A stretch of DNA of 64,000 nucleotides from Carcharhinus amblyrhynchos (GCA_965287045.1 OZ336871.1:42408001-42472000), one strand, 5' to 3'; shown: positions 1 through 14,049, counted from the first letter of the stretch. The notes: generated by a model from the sequence alone, not told the origin. Translations and numbers: made by a program.

Positions 1-1361
1 AGCGCGACAGGAGTTCCTGTGGCCCAGTCCCTGCCTCTGAGCTAGAAGCTCTGGCTTTGAGTACCACTCCAGGACTTGATGGCTGGTAAGGTGTCTTCAT
101 AGAGTGGCCAGACAGCTACAGGTCCTTTCAATTTGCAGATGGGAAGAGCAGAAGAGCTTCCTGATCAATCATCTGCTGAAGACACAGCAAATGACTGCCA
201 ATGCAGACCATCCAGAATTTTCAATGCTTTTCCAGAACTTGGCATTCAAAGAGAGAGAGAGAGACTGGCTAATACTACCTTTTCAGTCAACTCAGCAAAA
301 GCCATGGATCAAAGATGAACTTTTATGTCTAACTTTAAACATTCACCAGAACCGTTTGTTCTGTTTTGCCTTTTATTGTGCTTAAGCTATTTTATACTGC
401 AGTGAAACTTAGTGAAATTATTTGATGGGCTCGCATTTACTTTTACTTTACTTTCCAGTGTTAGTGCGCACAGTGTCTGGAGTAGTGCTCTGCTAATGTT
501 TGTACTTTTAGCTGGGTATTTGAAGTTGAACTTCAGCTTTGTGGCTACCTAACTATTCTGGGAGCTGCAGATAAAGTGGGGAAAAGCTAACTGAAATAGA
601 TCGAGCGATCATTACTGGGGAGAGTATACCCTCATTTATTTGAAGTATAGAAACCAGGTCCTTGTAGAAATCTATGCCATGTTTTGCATCAGCTCATTTC
701 AATCCAGGGAGTTCACTTCCCTGGCTGTAAAAATGCTTTGCTTCAGAAGAGTTCCAATACTTTACGGTTGATAGCCACTGCATGTTGTTATTTCATCATC
801 ATTATTTCAACATCAAAACCCTTTGCACTCATAGTCTGTTTATTCAGATTCAGCTTAAATTAAATGTCAGGTCAAATCTAACTTTCCAGAGCTAACTCTA
901 ACAGAATCCTAATTTGAAGTGTATCTTTTATAATGCGGTTTATATCTGGTGTTGTACATGTTTTCTTTGGGATTTTGCATTTATAATCTGATCATATAAA
1001 CTGAGGCATATTTTTTAGAATGTATCAGAGGCACCTGGAATTTCCATAGGGGTCCTTCAAACCCCTGGAGTAACCAGAGTGGAATTCCTGAAGAAATAGC
1101 ATAAATAGCTAAAAATAAAGGACCATTCACATAACTTGTTCAGTGCTGCCATGGAATATCTGCTGAAATTAATGTGGAAGATTGGAGAATCCCACAGCAA
1201 TACTCTCTTATTCATGTATCAGCACAGGCATGGGACCTTTTGCCCATTAAATCAGTGCTGGCATTTTTCTGCACTATAAATCACCTAGATTAATTCCACT
1301 CTACTGCTTATTGACCATTTTTTTTAATGTTCTTCCACTGCAAGTCATTATCAGTCCATGT

Positions 1362-2374
1362 TCAAATGCAACAAGATCTGGACAATATCCAGGCTTGGGC
1401 TGACAAGTGGCAAGTAACATTCATGCCACACAAATACCAGGCAATGACCATCACCAATAAGAGACACTTTACCACTGCCCCTTGACATTCAATGGTGTAA
1501 CCATCACTAAATCCCCCACTGTCAACATCCTTGGGATTACCATTAACCAAAAACTCAACTGGACTCACCACATAAACACAGTGGCTACAAGAGCAGGTCA
1601 GAAGCTAGGAATACTGTTGTGAGTAACTCACCTCCTGACTCCCCAAAGCCTATCCACCATCTACAAGGCACAAGTCAGGAGTGTGACAGAATACTCCCCA
1701 CTTGCCTGCATGGATGCAGCTCCAACAACACTCAAGAAGCCTGACACCATCTAGGACAAAGCAGCCTGCTTGTTTGGCACCACATCTACAAACATTCAAC
1801 CCCTCCACCACCGACAGTCAGCAGCAGCAGTACATACTGTCTACAAGATGCACTGCAGCAATTCACCAAAGATCCTTAGACAACACCTTCCAAACCCACG
1901 ACCACTTCCATCTAAAAGGACAAGGGCAGCAGGTACATGGGAACATACCACTTGCAAATTTCTCTCCAAGCCACTCACCATCCTGACTGGGAAATATATC
2001 GCCATTCCTTCGAAGTCACTGGGTCAAAATCCTGGAATTCCCTCCCTAACTGCATTGTGGGTCAACCCACAGAACATGGACAGCAGCTGCGCACCAGCAC
2101 TTTCTCAGGGGAACTTAGAACATTACAGCGCAGTACAGGCCCTTCGGCCCTCGATGTCGCGCCGACCAGTGGAACCAATCTAATGACCCTCTAACCTAAA
2201 CTGTTCCAATGTTATCCATATGCCTATCCACTGACCATTTGAACACCCTTAAAGTTGGCGAGTCCACAACTGCTGCAGGCAGGGCATTCCATGCCCTTAC
2301 TACCATACTAAGGATGGGCAATAAATGCTGGCCAGCCAATGGCACCCATGTCCCACAAATAAATATAAAAAAAA
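1362..2374 (+). mobile_element. 5'-truncated non-LTR retrotransposon (CR1-group LINE), RT C-terminus and 3' tail
   Basis: Translates to QQDLDNIQAWADKWQVTFMPHKYQAMTI...ILGITINQKLNWTHHINTV with frameshifts. Ends in caataaatgctggcc...A-rich tail. Same family at 22630-22825 (+) and 48995-49720 (-). Confidence 0.85.
2116..2306 (-). mobile_element. Short CR1 3'-end nested in the LINE tail
   Basis: tagaacattacagcgcagtacaggcccttcggccc matches the 3' end of the CR1 at 8271-10215. The host sequence ggggaact...actaaggatggg is split around it. Confidence 0.85.
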
Positions 2375-2574
2375 TGATCTAATAGAATTCTTAGAAAATT
2401 TACAAATCAGCAAAGTCATTTAAAAGAATTTTATATAGACCTCCTCAACAATGATTCCTACATATTAACCACAGTATATCTTTCCAGTCTCCACAATCTG
2501 CTACATGTTTCACAATGACAGGAGGCAGCCTGTCCGCTATTGACCAGCCGTCATGTCCTCACTATGTTAGGTAT

Positions 2575-5500
2575 TGTGGGTGTTACACAAAAATAGAAAT
2601 ATGTATAATAACTCAGGAAGCCTGACCGCAAAGGAACATAGTTTATTTACAGAAGGTAAATTAAAACCGCTACCATGGTGTACACACATTGTCCTTGCCT
2701 GGGATTGCAGTTCAGCAGGCCCAGGCCTGAGCCTGCCTTATAAAAGCCTTAGGTAGTGAGCCACACAAGGAGACCAACCAATGATTCCCCATGGACCTCA
2801 TGGCAGTTATCACATCCCCTCTCCCCGAATGCAAAGGTTCGCCCCTTGCTCCCATGACAATGGGGCCTTCTCCGTCTCTTTGCCCATGGACTCATCTCTA
2901 TTGCTTGTAGGGTCTGGTCAGAGGGCATTCAAAGGGTCGGTGAATGCTTCTTCAGTCACTACAGGGAGGCTTGTCCTTGGTGGCAACTTCTGATTGGGTT
3001 TCCGCCACCTTATTTGTCTCCATATTGGAGCCAGAATCATCAGCGTCCTGAAGACTGGCTGTTGTGGTTTTAGTGGGTGGAATGGCCTGTCTGCAGGTTG
3101 GTGTGAAGGATGCCATTGATGGCATGTCCATAGAACCCATTGCTTCTGTGGAGGGTTCCCTGTGATAGAGGTGATCGGTGTGTTTTTTTTAAGGTCCTGT
3201 GCCTGTTTTACACCTTATAGGACACTGGTCCTATTTTCCTGAGAATAACTCCCAGAATCCATGGAGAGCCATCACCGAATTTCCTTACGTGGGAACATAT
3301 CTCCCAGTTTGAAGCCTCTATCTGGTCTCTGACTATCATGGCTCTGTCTTTTATCTCAACATTGCTGGCCGAATTTGGGAATGTCAGGCGAAACCTAGTC
3401 CGAAGGAGTCGGCCTGTTAATAACTCCACCGGGGCTATTCCCATTGTCATATGCGGCATAATCCTTGGTGGGGTTTTCGAGATGGCCAGGTACTGTCAGA
3501 AATGTTAGACAGTACAAGATTCACGAAACCAGTGTCTGAGTTTAAAGATGTAACCTTTATTTTAACCAGGGGCTCTTGGAGAAATCAGCTCCTAAGATGG
3601 AGCAACTAGACGTCTCCAATGATTTCTGACACATATAATTCAAAACAGACGAATTATAGATTTTCTTATCAATTACTTCCCTCTGTTATTAGCTTTAAAT
3701 CAATCATCTTCAGTATATATAAATCAACAAAAATACCTGTCATATACTTCAGCCAGTCACATCTTACCCTCTGGCATAATAGCATTTTATTAGAATGTGG
3801 ATGCTTTCTTCCCTTTTGGCTAACTCAGCTTCCTCTGTTGCTTAGTAACCTCAGATGCTAGCCACAAAGTTCAAAGTGAATGTTCCCATAAGTTCCCCAC
3901 AGGTCACTGCCAACCCTGGTTAACACATGATTCCACTTTTAGGCATGCAACCATCTTATCTGGGCAGTGAATAAACCCTAATCATGACGTTTGATTAAGT
4001 ATTCTGAATGTTCTTATCATTAGAAACTCTGCTGATTAAAAACTTGCGTATTTCCAAGGTTTCAGTATTCCCTTAGAATATGGCTTTCTCCTAATGCTCT
4101 TTACCATGATGCTTTGCAGCAATCTGCCTCAATGCTGGTAGTTCTGTCGGTGTCTTAATGTTGAATGGTTTAAAAATCTTTACTAACCTATGAGGATTTC
4201 TTCTCTTTACAAACCTATAGTTAAAAAGGAAATGTGCGAATTTAGTTTGCAGTGAACCTGTGGTTTGTTTCTTCATGCAACTTTTTAATGTCTGGACTAT
4301 CCGCTCAGCCAGGCCATTTGAGGATGGGTAGTTGGATGCCATGTGGATGTGCCTTATTCTGTTCACACTCATGTAGGTTGGAAATTCCCTGCTGGTAAAA
4401 GGGGTCCCTCTGTTGGTTATAAGAGTTTTGGGTATATTATGCATACTGAAGGATTGATGAAGTTTCTCTATGGCATTGAAAGAGGTAGTTGAGGACATTT
4501 GGTGCGTGTCAATCCATTTTGAATGGGCATCTATGAAACATAGAGGTTATAAATGTCCCTGCGAAGTCTGCATGGACTCCCCAGCTTGTCCCAAGGATGC
4601 AACAAGGGGCTTTCTGGTTTTCCTGGCAAGTTTTACACTGTTTGACCAGGTTTTTGATACACTGTCAATGCCAGGCCATCAGACATAGCTCCTTGCGAGC
4701 ATTTTCATCTTAGAAACTCCTGGGTGGCCAGTGTGCAATTCTAAAGTATTGGTCACTGATCTGGACATGGGACAACCACCCGGGCTCCCCACAAGATGAA
4801 GCCATTTTCCATACTCCTGATATTTTGAGAGATAGGGTTTCAAATCCTCTGTCAGATGTCTTGTGGTCCATCACTTAGGACGAAGTGATGTAGTTTTGCC
4901 AGCATAGGGTTATTTTGGGTAAATACCTGGATTTGCTTGGTGGATACTGGCAGAGAGTGCATGAAGTTCAAAGTCATGGCAACTTCATCCATACTCGGGG
5001 GGGAAGGTAGACAGATGGGTAAGTGGCAGGCAGCTCTTATATATGGCATATATAGGACGATGTTCTAAGGAACGTTTATAGGCACCAAATACCAATGCTC
5101 AGTGTTAGATCTGGGATGATGACATGGGAGGAATCGCCTTGTCTTCCTTGAAGAGGAAGACAAACCACAGAGGTTTGTGATCAGTTACTACGGTGAAATG
5201 CAGACTAGATATACTGGTGGAATTTTTTCACCACAAACGCCATGGCCAAATCTTTTTCAGTCTGGACATACTTCCTCACTGCATCTGCCAAGCTCTGTGA
5301 TGCCTACATGATTGGACATTCTGTTCCATCGCCCCAACGATGCAACAATACCATTCCTACCTCAGAGGGGGAGGTGTTTGCAGGTCACAATGCCTCATGT
5401 CAGTGGGACATAATGGGGCTAATATACTTTTTGAAAGCAATTGTTGTAGCAAAAGCTTCCTCTTCTGGCATTTGCCATGAACACTTCTGCTTTTTTTTAA

Positions 5501-5894
5501 CAGTAGATGGAGGAGAGCCAGCAAGGTCGTCAAGCTCGATATGAATTTCCATAGTAATTTATGAAATCTAGGAAAGATTTCAACTCTATTGTGTTCCTTG
5601 GAGTTGCAGTCCCTTATATGGCCTTCACCTTTTCTTTGACAGGGTGTAATCCATCCTGGTCAACTCTATACCTGAGGTGTATTACCTCGTTTACATGGAA
5701 CACGTTTTTCCCAGAAAAAACACAATAACACCTCCTCAAAACTCTTCAAATGTCCTGGGTTTGCATTATAAAAGGCTTAGGTAATGAGATCCAGCTGGGC
5801 AAGCCATTGTCTATTACCGGGGGAACTCATACTTGTCAAGACCCACAGGAAGATCAATCAGTCATTTCCTATGAATCTCATGGAGGTTATAACA
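2575..5894 (-). mobile_element. Degenerate Ty3/Gypsy LTR retrotransposon, internally deleted
   Basis: Integrase remnants (HMASNYPSSNGLAERIVQTLK; GIAPVELLTGRLLRTRF), RNase H and RT remnants up to about 5740. PPT at 2815-2826 abuts an LTR ending ttatcaca at 2814. A related partial LTR lies at about 5750-5894. Confidence 0.85.
3494..4211 (-). mobile_element. Non-coding insertion in the Gypsy integrase, possibly a solo LTR
   Basis: Splits the integrase between ...FLFNYR and PHMTMGIAP. TG...CA bounded, with a minus-strand AATAAA near 3557. No clean TSD seen. Confidence 0.45.
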
Positions 5895-5899
5895 ATATG

Positions 5900-8190
5900 G
5901 TTTGCACATATAAATTCAAACTAACAACAACAAGATTTACTGTAGGAGTTGTTGCCTGTACAGAGGTAGAAAATGAAACTAAGCAGGAGCCTATGAAACA
6001 CCCCAATGACATCACCAAATCATCAAATCATGTGACTGGCAGTTAAAGCAATCATACAAGTGCTTAAATATATAACATCCCTCCTTTTTTTCTCTGGTCA
6101 TGATGACAAATTACTAGACACAGTACTGTCCACACTGTCAATCATTATACACAGTCAATAAGAAAGTCAATCAGGAGGATTTGGTTTTATACAACATTCT
6201 TTCCTTAATGCTAAAAATATGATTGGGAACTTCAGTAGAGACTTCTCTTGGAACTAATTTGGCATCTTTCTCATGTGGTAGAGTAGGGTAGACACAATCA
6301 TCAGGCAGCTTGGATTCAACTAAAGAGGTTGGTACTTCTGGAGATGATTCTGCAAAATAATTTGAGATGAGAATAATTGGCCAACATGATGTTTAAACTG
6401 TGTAAGAAATTGGATTTTTTTTTGCTAAAACTGTGGCTGGTACCTATTTCTCACTTGTCGCATAATTACCCGTTAATACTCAATCTTGTTGAAATCAGTG
6501 TTGTTTTACCCTCACTTCTCGACTAGCAATTTGAGATTGCTGTTGATGTTTTACAACCTATGAAGTTTCTGGAGGTAATAACAAATCAAATGTCGTTCTC
6601 AACTTCCTCTTTAAGAGTAGTAATGCATTGAAGTAAGATGATGAACCTCTGCAGGGTGCTGCTAACACAACGTTGTAGTCACTCAGCAGACTGGATTGAA
6701 GGATGGGAGAGTCCTTCAATGTGAGGAGTGTGCCAAGATACTAAGATGCCAAAAAGCTATTCACACAATGGGATAACAAGCCATATCCTCTTGAAGCTTT
6801 TAAAGAATGTTTCAAGGATTGCCCCTCCAGCTAATCCACTGGTTGATGAATGATAAAGTGTGGATTTATTTACTTTGAGATAATCATGAACCTCTTCTGA
6901 GGTAAACTGTGAACAATTATCGCTTACAATTTGTTCTGGTTTACCAAACCTTGCAAAAAAATTCATCAAGTTTTTCAACACTTTGTTTGGAGGTAGTAGA
7001 TCTCATCATCACCACTTTTGACCAATTTGAATGTGCATCAATTATGACTTGTAACCCTCAAACGGACTAGTAAAATCTATAAGTAATCATTGCAATGACA
7101 TTTTAGGCCACCTGTATGATGTATTGGAGACAATGGTCTTGATTTTATTATTCATGCACAGAATAGACATTGTTCCACTTTCTCTTCAATCTGGGTATCC
7201 AGGCACCAAAAATAAGTGCGTGCTGATTCCTTCATCCAGACTATACCAGGGTGTCCTTCATGTAATTATTCAAGAACTCTTCCATGTAGATTAGGAGGAA
7301 TGATCACTTGGATTCCCCAAAATAGACATGCACCTTGGACAGTCAACTAAAGCTTTATTGACAGATAACAATCCAGCTATCACTCCTTTCAGTACCATAT
7401 CCATCACTTTCCTCATTATGGGATAATTTCTGGCATAGCTCTGAACTTGAGAAGCTGTCATTGTCTACTAGCAAAAAATAAAGAATATTAGCAAAACTTG
7501 TTGGTGATAACTACTCAATAAGTAGAGGTAAGCATGATAATGCATTAATATGGCACTCTGATAGTCAATACTTTACTTCATAACTGTGCAGATAAGAACA
7601 GTGGCCATATTTACAATTGGCTAGCAGTTAATGGTGGTATTCCTTTATATCGCACAAAAATAATAGTTAAGGGTGATGATGATCAGTCAATAATGTGAAA
7701 TGATGACCATATAAATAATAATGAAACCACCTTATGCCAAAAATTATACTCAATGCTTCTTTTTCCAGCTAAGCATTGTTAGATTTGGCACTAGTCAGAA
7801 TATGTGAAGCAAAAGCTATTGGTCATCCTTCTCCCCTGAAAGCACAGTATTTTAAACTGCTTGTCCCTACTCCAGAAGTTGATGCATCACAAGTAAACAG
7901 TAATGGTAGTTTTGGATTAAAATGAATTAACACTTCAGATTTCTGTAAAGGACCTCAAGTGCATCACATTTGTCAAAAATGCTGCTTCTAAAATGTGGCC
8001 AACTTTTAGGTGCTTTATATAAGCATTTACTATCAATAACGTGACCCAAATACTGGACATGACATCTGGGAAAAGTCACACCTTTCTTTCTTGATATGCG
8101 GACCATGTGTTTGAAGACAGTTCAATGTTGCTTATAAATTATTAAAGTGCTCTTGTTCGCTAGATCCTGTAATTAAAATGGCAAACCGAT
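5900..8190 (-). mobile_element. Second degenerate Gypsy element (RT end, RNase H, integrase, PPT, 3' LTR)
   Basis: FARFGKPEQIVSDNCSQFTSEE integrase core; ILITGSSEQEHFNNL...VQYLGHVID RT remnant near 8030-8180. LTR ends tataaca at 6077, followed by PPT tccctccttttttt. Confidence 0.85.
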
Positions 8191-8270
8191 AACATTGTAC
8201 AGAGGGTTTCAAAGAATTCAAATAGTTGGGAAGCCTCAGAAACTCCAAATCAAAACTGTGTGCATACATT

Positions 8271-10215
8271 AACATAGAACATAGAACATAGAACATTACA
8301 GCGCAGAACAGGCCCTTCGGCCCACGATGTTGCGCTGACCAGTTACAAAAACAATGACCCACTAGCCTATACCAATCCCTTTTCGTCCATAAACCTATCC
8401 AGAGATCTCTTAAACGCCCCCAAACTAGACGCATTTACAACTGCAGCAGGCAGGGCATTCCAATCCCTCACCACCCGCTGGGTAAAGAAACTACCCCTGA
8501 CATCCGTCCTGTAGCTACCCCCCCTTAATTTAAAGCCATGCCCCCTTGTGCTAGCTTTCTCCATCCGAGGAAAAAGGCTATCACTATCCACCCTATCTAA
8601 ACCTCTAATCATCTTATATGTTTCAATAAGATCCCCTCTTAGCCGCCTTCTTTCCAACGAAAACAACCCTAAATCCCTCAGTCTCTCCTCATAGGACCTC
8701 CCCACCATACCAGGCAACATCCTAGTAAACCTCCTCTGCACCCTCTCCAACGCCTCCACATCCTTCTTGTAATGCGGGGACCAGAACTGCACACAGTACT
8801 CCAAGTGCGGCCGCACCAGAGTTGTGTACAGTTGCAACATGACGCTGCGACTCCTAAATTCAATCCCCCTACCAATAAACGCCAAGACACCGTACGCCTT
8901 CTTAACAACCTTATCTACTTGATTCCCAACTTTCAGGGATCTATGTACACATACACCTAGATCCCTCTGTTCATCCACACTATTCAAAGTCCTCCCGTTA
9001 GCCCTATACTCGACACATCTGTTGCTCCTACCAAAGTGAATTACCTCACACTTCTCCGCATTAAATTCCATCCGCCACCTCTCGGCCCAGCTCTGCAACC
9101 TATCTAAGTCTCCCTGCAGACTATGACACCCTTCCTCACAATCTACCACACCTCCAACTTTGGTGTCATCAGCAAATTTACTAATCCACCCAACTATACC
9201 CTCATCCAGATCATTAATAAAAATTACAAACAACAGTGGCCCCAAAACAGATCCCTGAGGCACACCACTCGTAACTGAACTCCATGATGAATATTTACCA
9301 TCAACCACCACCCTCTGTCTCCTATCTGATAGCCAATTCCTGATCCAACTTCCTAGATTACCCACAATCCCATACATCTGCATTTTCTGCAGAAGCCTAC
9401 CATGGTGAACCTTATCGAACGCCTTACTAAAATCCATATATACCACGTCAACTGCCTTGCCCCCATCCACCTCTTTGGTCACCTTCTCAAAAAACTCAAT
9501 AAGGTTAGTAAGGCACGACCTACCCGCTACAAAACCATGCTGACTATTTCTAATCAATTCATTACACTCCAAATAACTATAAATCCTATCCCTAATAATT
9601 TTTTCTAAAACCTTGCCCACAACAGAAGTAAGACTCACCGGTCTATAATTCCTGGCAAAGTCTCTGTTCCCCTTCTTAAACAATGGGACAACATTCGCTA
9701 TCCTCCAATCCTCCGGGACTACACCAGAGACCAATGACGACCTGAAGATCAGAGCCAGAGGCTCTGCAATCACCTCTCTAGCCTCCCAGAGAATCCTAGG
9801 GTAGATCCCATCCGGACCAGGGGACTTATCTATTTTCAGCCCCTCAAGAATTTCCAGCACATCCCCCTTATCAACCGTAATACTGTCTATTTTACACCCC
9901 TGCAACCCAATGTCCTCCTCAGCTATATTCATGTCCCCCTGCGTGAACACTGAAGAGAAATATTGGTTCAATACTTCTCCAATCTCCTCCGGTTCCACAC
10001 ACAACTTCCCCCTGCTGTCTGTAACTGACCCTAATCTTGCCCTGACCAACCTTCTGTTCTTGACATACCTATAGAACGCCTTAGGATTCTCCTTAATCCT
10101 ATCAGCCAAAGTCTTCTCATGTCCTCTTTTAGCCCTTCTCAACTCACTCTTCAACTCCCTCCTAGCCAATCTAAAGCTTTCCAGTGCACTATCTGAGCCC
10201 TCAAATCTCATCATT
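8271..10215 (-). mobile_element. Young 5'-truncated CR1 LINE with an uninterrupted RT reading frame
   Basis: ORF 8367-10256 contains KSPGPDGIYP, NYRPVSLTS, DFSKAFD, GVPQGSVLGPLLF, FADD and WNALP. (atagaac)n microsatellite tail at 8271-8295. No endonuclease domain. Confidence 0.97.
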
Positions 10216-10879
10216 GGGGCTGAGTGCACAGGTGGGCAGACTGAAACCCCACCCATCCTAGTGAAATTGACATTTCCTCTCTGTCAGAGGAGTTTAGAAG
10301 GGTCTGCTCACACCTACAGCTTCTGGCAGGGAGAAAGGAAAATCTCTGCTGCAGAAAAGGTGCTGCAGTCATTTAAAATGCTATGACCGAGGCGGGCATG
10401 GAGATTAAAGTGACCTGGCCATTTCAGAATTTTCACAGCTAACAGGCAGGAATGCCTGAAATCACCATGCCAAGGGTGATCTTCATGTCTGACAGGGCTA
10501 AAAGGGGCAGTCCAGGGGTCTGAGGGACAAGGGGAGTTGAGTGAGGGGGGATCTGAGGGAGAAGGGGGCATGAGTGAGAAGATCTGAGGGAGAAGGGGGC
10601 TTGAGTTAAATATTTGGGTCAGTGATGGATCCCAGCAATGCCTACAGCCATGGAGTGCAGGTCTGAGCATAAACCTGGAGGATCTGCTGGACCAAGATTT
10701 GCATGGCAGTACCTACCTTCCCCTGATGACATTGAGGCGTTGACATGTTGGAGCTATGACATCAGACAGAACGAAAATGGACTCTCCCATCCTTCAATCC
10801 AGTCTGCTGAGTGACTACAACACTGTGTTAGCAGCACCCTGCAGAGGTTCATCATCTTAGACACAGTGGGTGGCTTTCT

Positions 10880-11338
10880 CTTTGGTTGTATCACAGGTTT
10901 GTATAGCTCCTGCTCCACCCAAAACTGCAAGAAACTACAAATGGTCATGATGTAGCCCAATCTATTCACACAAACCAACCTCCCATCCATTGACTTTGTC
11001 TACACTTCTTGCTGCCTCAGCAAAGCAGCCAGCATAATTAAGGACTCCACACCATCCTGGATATTTCCTCTTCCATCAGGAAAAAGATACAAAATTATGA
11101 GGTCATGTACCAATTGACGCAAGAACATCTTCTTCCCTGCTGCTGGACCTTTTGAATGGACCTACCTAGCATTAAGTTGAACTTTCCCTGCACCCTGGTC
11201 ATGACTGTAACAATATATCCTGCACTCTCTCATTTCCTTCTCTATGAACAGTATGCTTTGTCTGTATAGCATGTAAGAAACAATAGTTTTCACTGTATAC
11301 TAATACATGTGACAATAATAAATCAAATCCAATCAAAT
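10880..11338 (+). mobile_element. Rex1/Babar-type LINE 3' end
   Basis: Remnant reads CKKLQMV...LPSIDFVYTSCCLSKAASIIKD...LPSGKRY and ends gtgacaataataaatcaaatccaatcaaa. Confidence 0.75.
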
Positions 11339-14049
11339 GATCTCCAGTAATCCTCTGAGTTCACTGCAGAGCATCCTTCTCAAATTTGGAGATTTCGTTG
11401 CCAGAGAGGTGAGGCCGGTGGAGCCATTCTTTGGACTCAGCACATTCTGGGGTTTGTGTACTCCTCTTATCGAAGCCTCGAGGGAGTCAGGGGCTAAACC
11501 TCAGGGCAGCCTTCTCCCGTTGTTGCTGTGCAGACATTTCTGAAGGTCAGCTGGACTGGACAGAGTGAAATGTGTGAACTTGATGGCATTTAAATATGGT
11601 GCTCAGACCTTTGACCTTATTAGGTAACAGTGGGTGGACAAATCATTTCCTGATCCTCCATATGATTCAGAATAATTAATTAGCTTCTGACTAGCATGAA
11701 ATGTGCTATGGAACCCACCCAACACAGCATTCAGTTTTACAAATGGAAACGGTGAGAAATGGGCACAAGGTTGATATCTGGTACGATTGTGAGGCGAGAA
11801 ATCAAGTGCGAACTTGATTTCTCGGCTCTCACAATCTTACCAGCTCTCCCCATCCATGGGCTGGCGGAGAGTAATGATAAGATCACCCCAGTGTTACCAA
11901 TTATGGGGTGATCTCATATAAAGTTCAAAAATACAAGAATGTGGCTAATGAATCCAATATGGAATTCAGGAGAAATGACTGAGCGGAAGGTGAGAATGTG
12001 GTTCTCCCTACCACCTGGATTGGCTGAGGTAACTGGAATAAATGGATTTAAGGTAAGCTAGATAATTACAACGTGGGAGAGAGGAACACAGAAATCTGAC
12101 AGGATGAAATGGAGTAAGGTTGAAGGAGTGGAGTGTAAATATTGTAAAAAAATTCAGGATGGTAAAATTCTATATGCAAATGAGGTAACGATCTTTGCAG
12201 TTTTAAAGAGAAATGTAATAAATATTTGGAGCAGAGGCAGGCTATGAATCAAGCAGAGAAGTGGGATTAGTTTTAATTGTTGCAGCAAAGAGCGGGGGCA
12301 GACATAGTGGGCTGGAATTCAGCTGATATGATTCACTGGGAACTGCAAGGGTGTGGTCAGTGAGGTACAGGAAAACCAGAAGCCTGAAACTTGGCTTCCA
12401 CTTGGACAGAGAACAGATCAGTGGAGGCCACAGAACGATGAAGGTCTGTGGCAGAGTTGTGGGTGGGTGGTCTCACCTTGCCTCTCTTGGGTTGGAGGCA
12501 AGGGGTCGAGGCCAGGAGCATGGGTGAGGAAGTGCGTCAATTCAGGGGAAGAGAGAAACTGGATGACTGGGTGAATAGGATCCAACTGAAGTGCTAAGGG
12601 GGGGAAGGGGCGGGGGGGCATCCAGCGTCCTTTGGGTGAATCAGAACTTAGGGAAGAATTTGAGGCATAGGCTTGGGGAGGGGGGTCAGAAAAAGGTCAC
12701 AGAGGCCAGGCGAGGACAGGAAATTAGAGGCCTGGAGTTGGCTCAATGAACCTGAGGCAAAGGTTAGCGGTCATCTCGTTGGATGCTGTTTGACCAGCTA
12801 TTTCCAACTTTTTCTGTTTTTATTTCAGATCTCTCGTGTCTGCAGTATCTAGCATTAGATAGACTGGAAACCTCATCATTAATTTTAAAAATAAAGAGTA
12901 TCATTCCAATTCATGGCTCCACTTAAAGAAAATGTCCTTAAGAAAACCTCAGGGGATGGGAGTTGGTGAGGTTGAGGGCTAGCAGTGGGGTGTAAACTGA
13001 ATTCTGAGCTTCATCTCATTGGGGACTTTGTCATTGATCCTGCCAAATTTTTCATGGGTAAAGGCGGAGATTTCCTACGGCAGGTAGCCAGGGTATATCT
13101 AGGCCACCTGGTTTAGGAAGTCCAGTAAAGGCTGTCCCTGGTGAACATCCCATCCCAGTGATTTCCTTTGAAAGATTCCTTTTAAAATGGCAAAGCAGGA
13201 ACTCCTTAAGTTAGGGAGCTTGTAGTCTTGCCCCTACTCCCCACTCCTATATCGATGGCCTTGTTTGGAATGAATGGAGGCTTCAGGTAACTGTGAGGAA
13301 AGTTCTGGAACCTGGTATCATTAGGTCCTGGTTTGATTTGTAACTCTTTGGCTATACTCCCATATGGCAAGAGTTTGCTTTTTGGCCAAAATGTTCTAAT
13401 GTTATATTTAGTAACGTATTAACAAAATTTCAATTGTCAGTCAGAATCATTAAGCTGAAATTTTTGTTAAGAGGACTGAAAGGAGTCAGGTTTGACCCTG
13501 GGCAGTGTGGAGATAGGATGCAATATCTGGCTATGATACAGAGAATAGACAGATGTCAGAAAACACTAGACTGAATTGGAAGTTTTTATTCTAGCTTTTA
13601 GCAAGATTCACATACAGTTTACTCATTAAAGTCAGATCATGTCATACGTCCTCTTTGCAAGCCCTTCTTAAATCCTTTATTTAGCCAAAATAATATCATT
13701 TAATCAGAAACACATGGTGAACAAAATGTACAACTTGTGATTGTTCATGGAAAAATAAACCATTTGTTTCATTAACTGAAGCGTTCAGTGTCTAGGAGCT
13801 CAGTCAGTTGCTCCTTTTCATTTTTCTCACTGATCTCTGTCATGCATTCTCTGGGGGACAAAATTAGATAGCACCTGAAGCTGGGCTGGGGATCACGAGA
13901 ACACATCTGACACAGGCAGTAGAAATTTTAGTACTGCCTGCACATTACCATGACTGAATGACACGCCCAGCACTAAATGTGTTGTTTCGTGGTTGCACAG
14001 GCTGGCAGTGCATAAGCACCATTTAAAGTTAGTCTGCAATACTTAAGAA

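Noticed and set aside
8367-10256. 629-aa ORF as a host gene
   Set aside because: It is the C-terminal part of CR1 ORF2 with a retroposon tail; the start codon lies in unrelated flank.
6634-10859. The 81-bp inverted repeats read as TIRs of a 4.2-kb DNA transposon or as inversion breakpoints
   Set aside because: The Gypsy integrase is colinear and on the same strand on both sides of the left copy, and there is no TSD or transposase.
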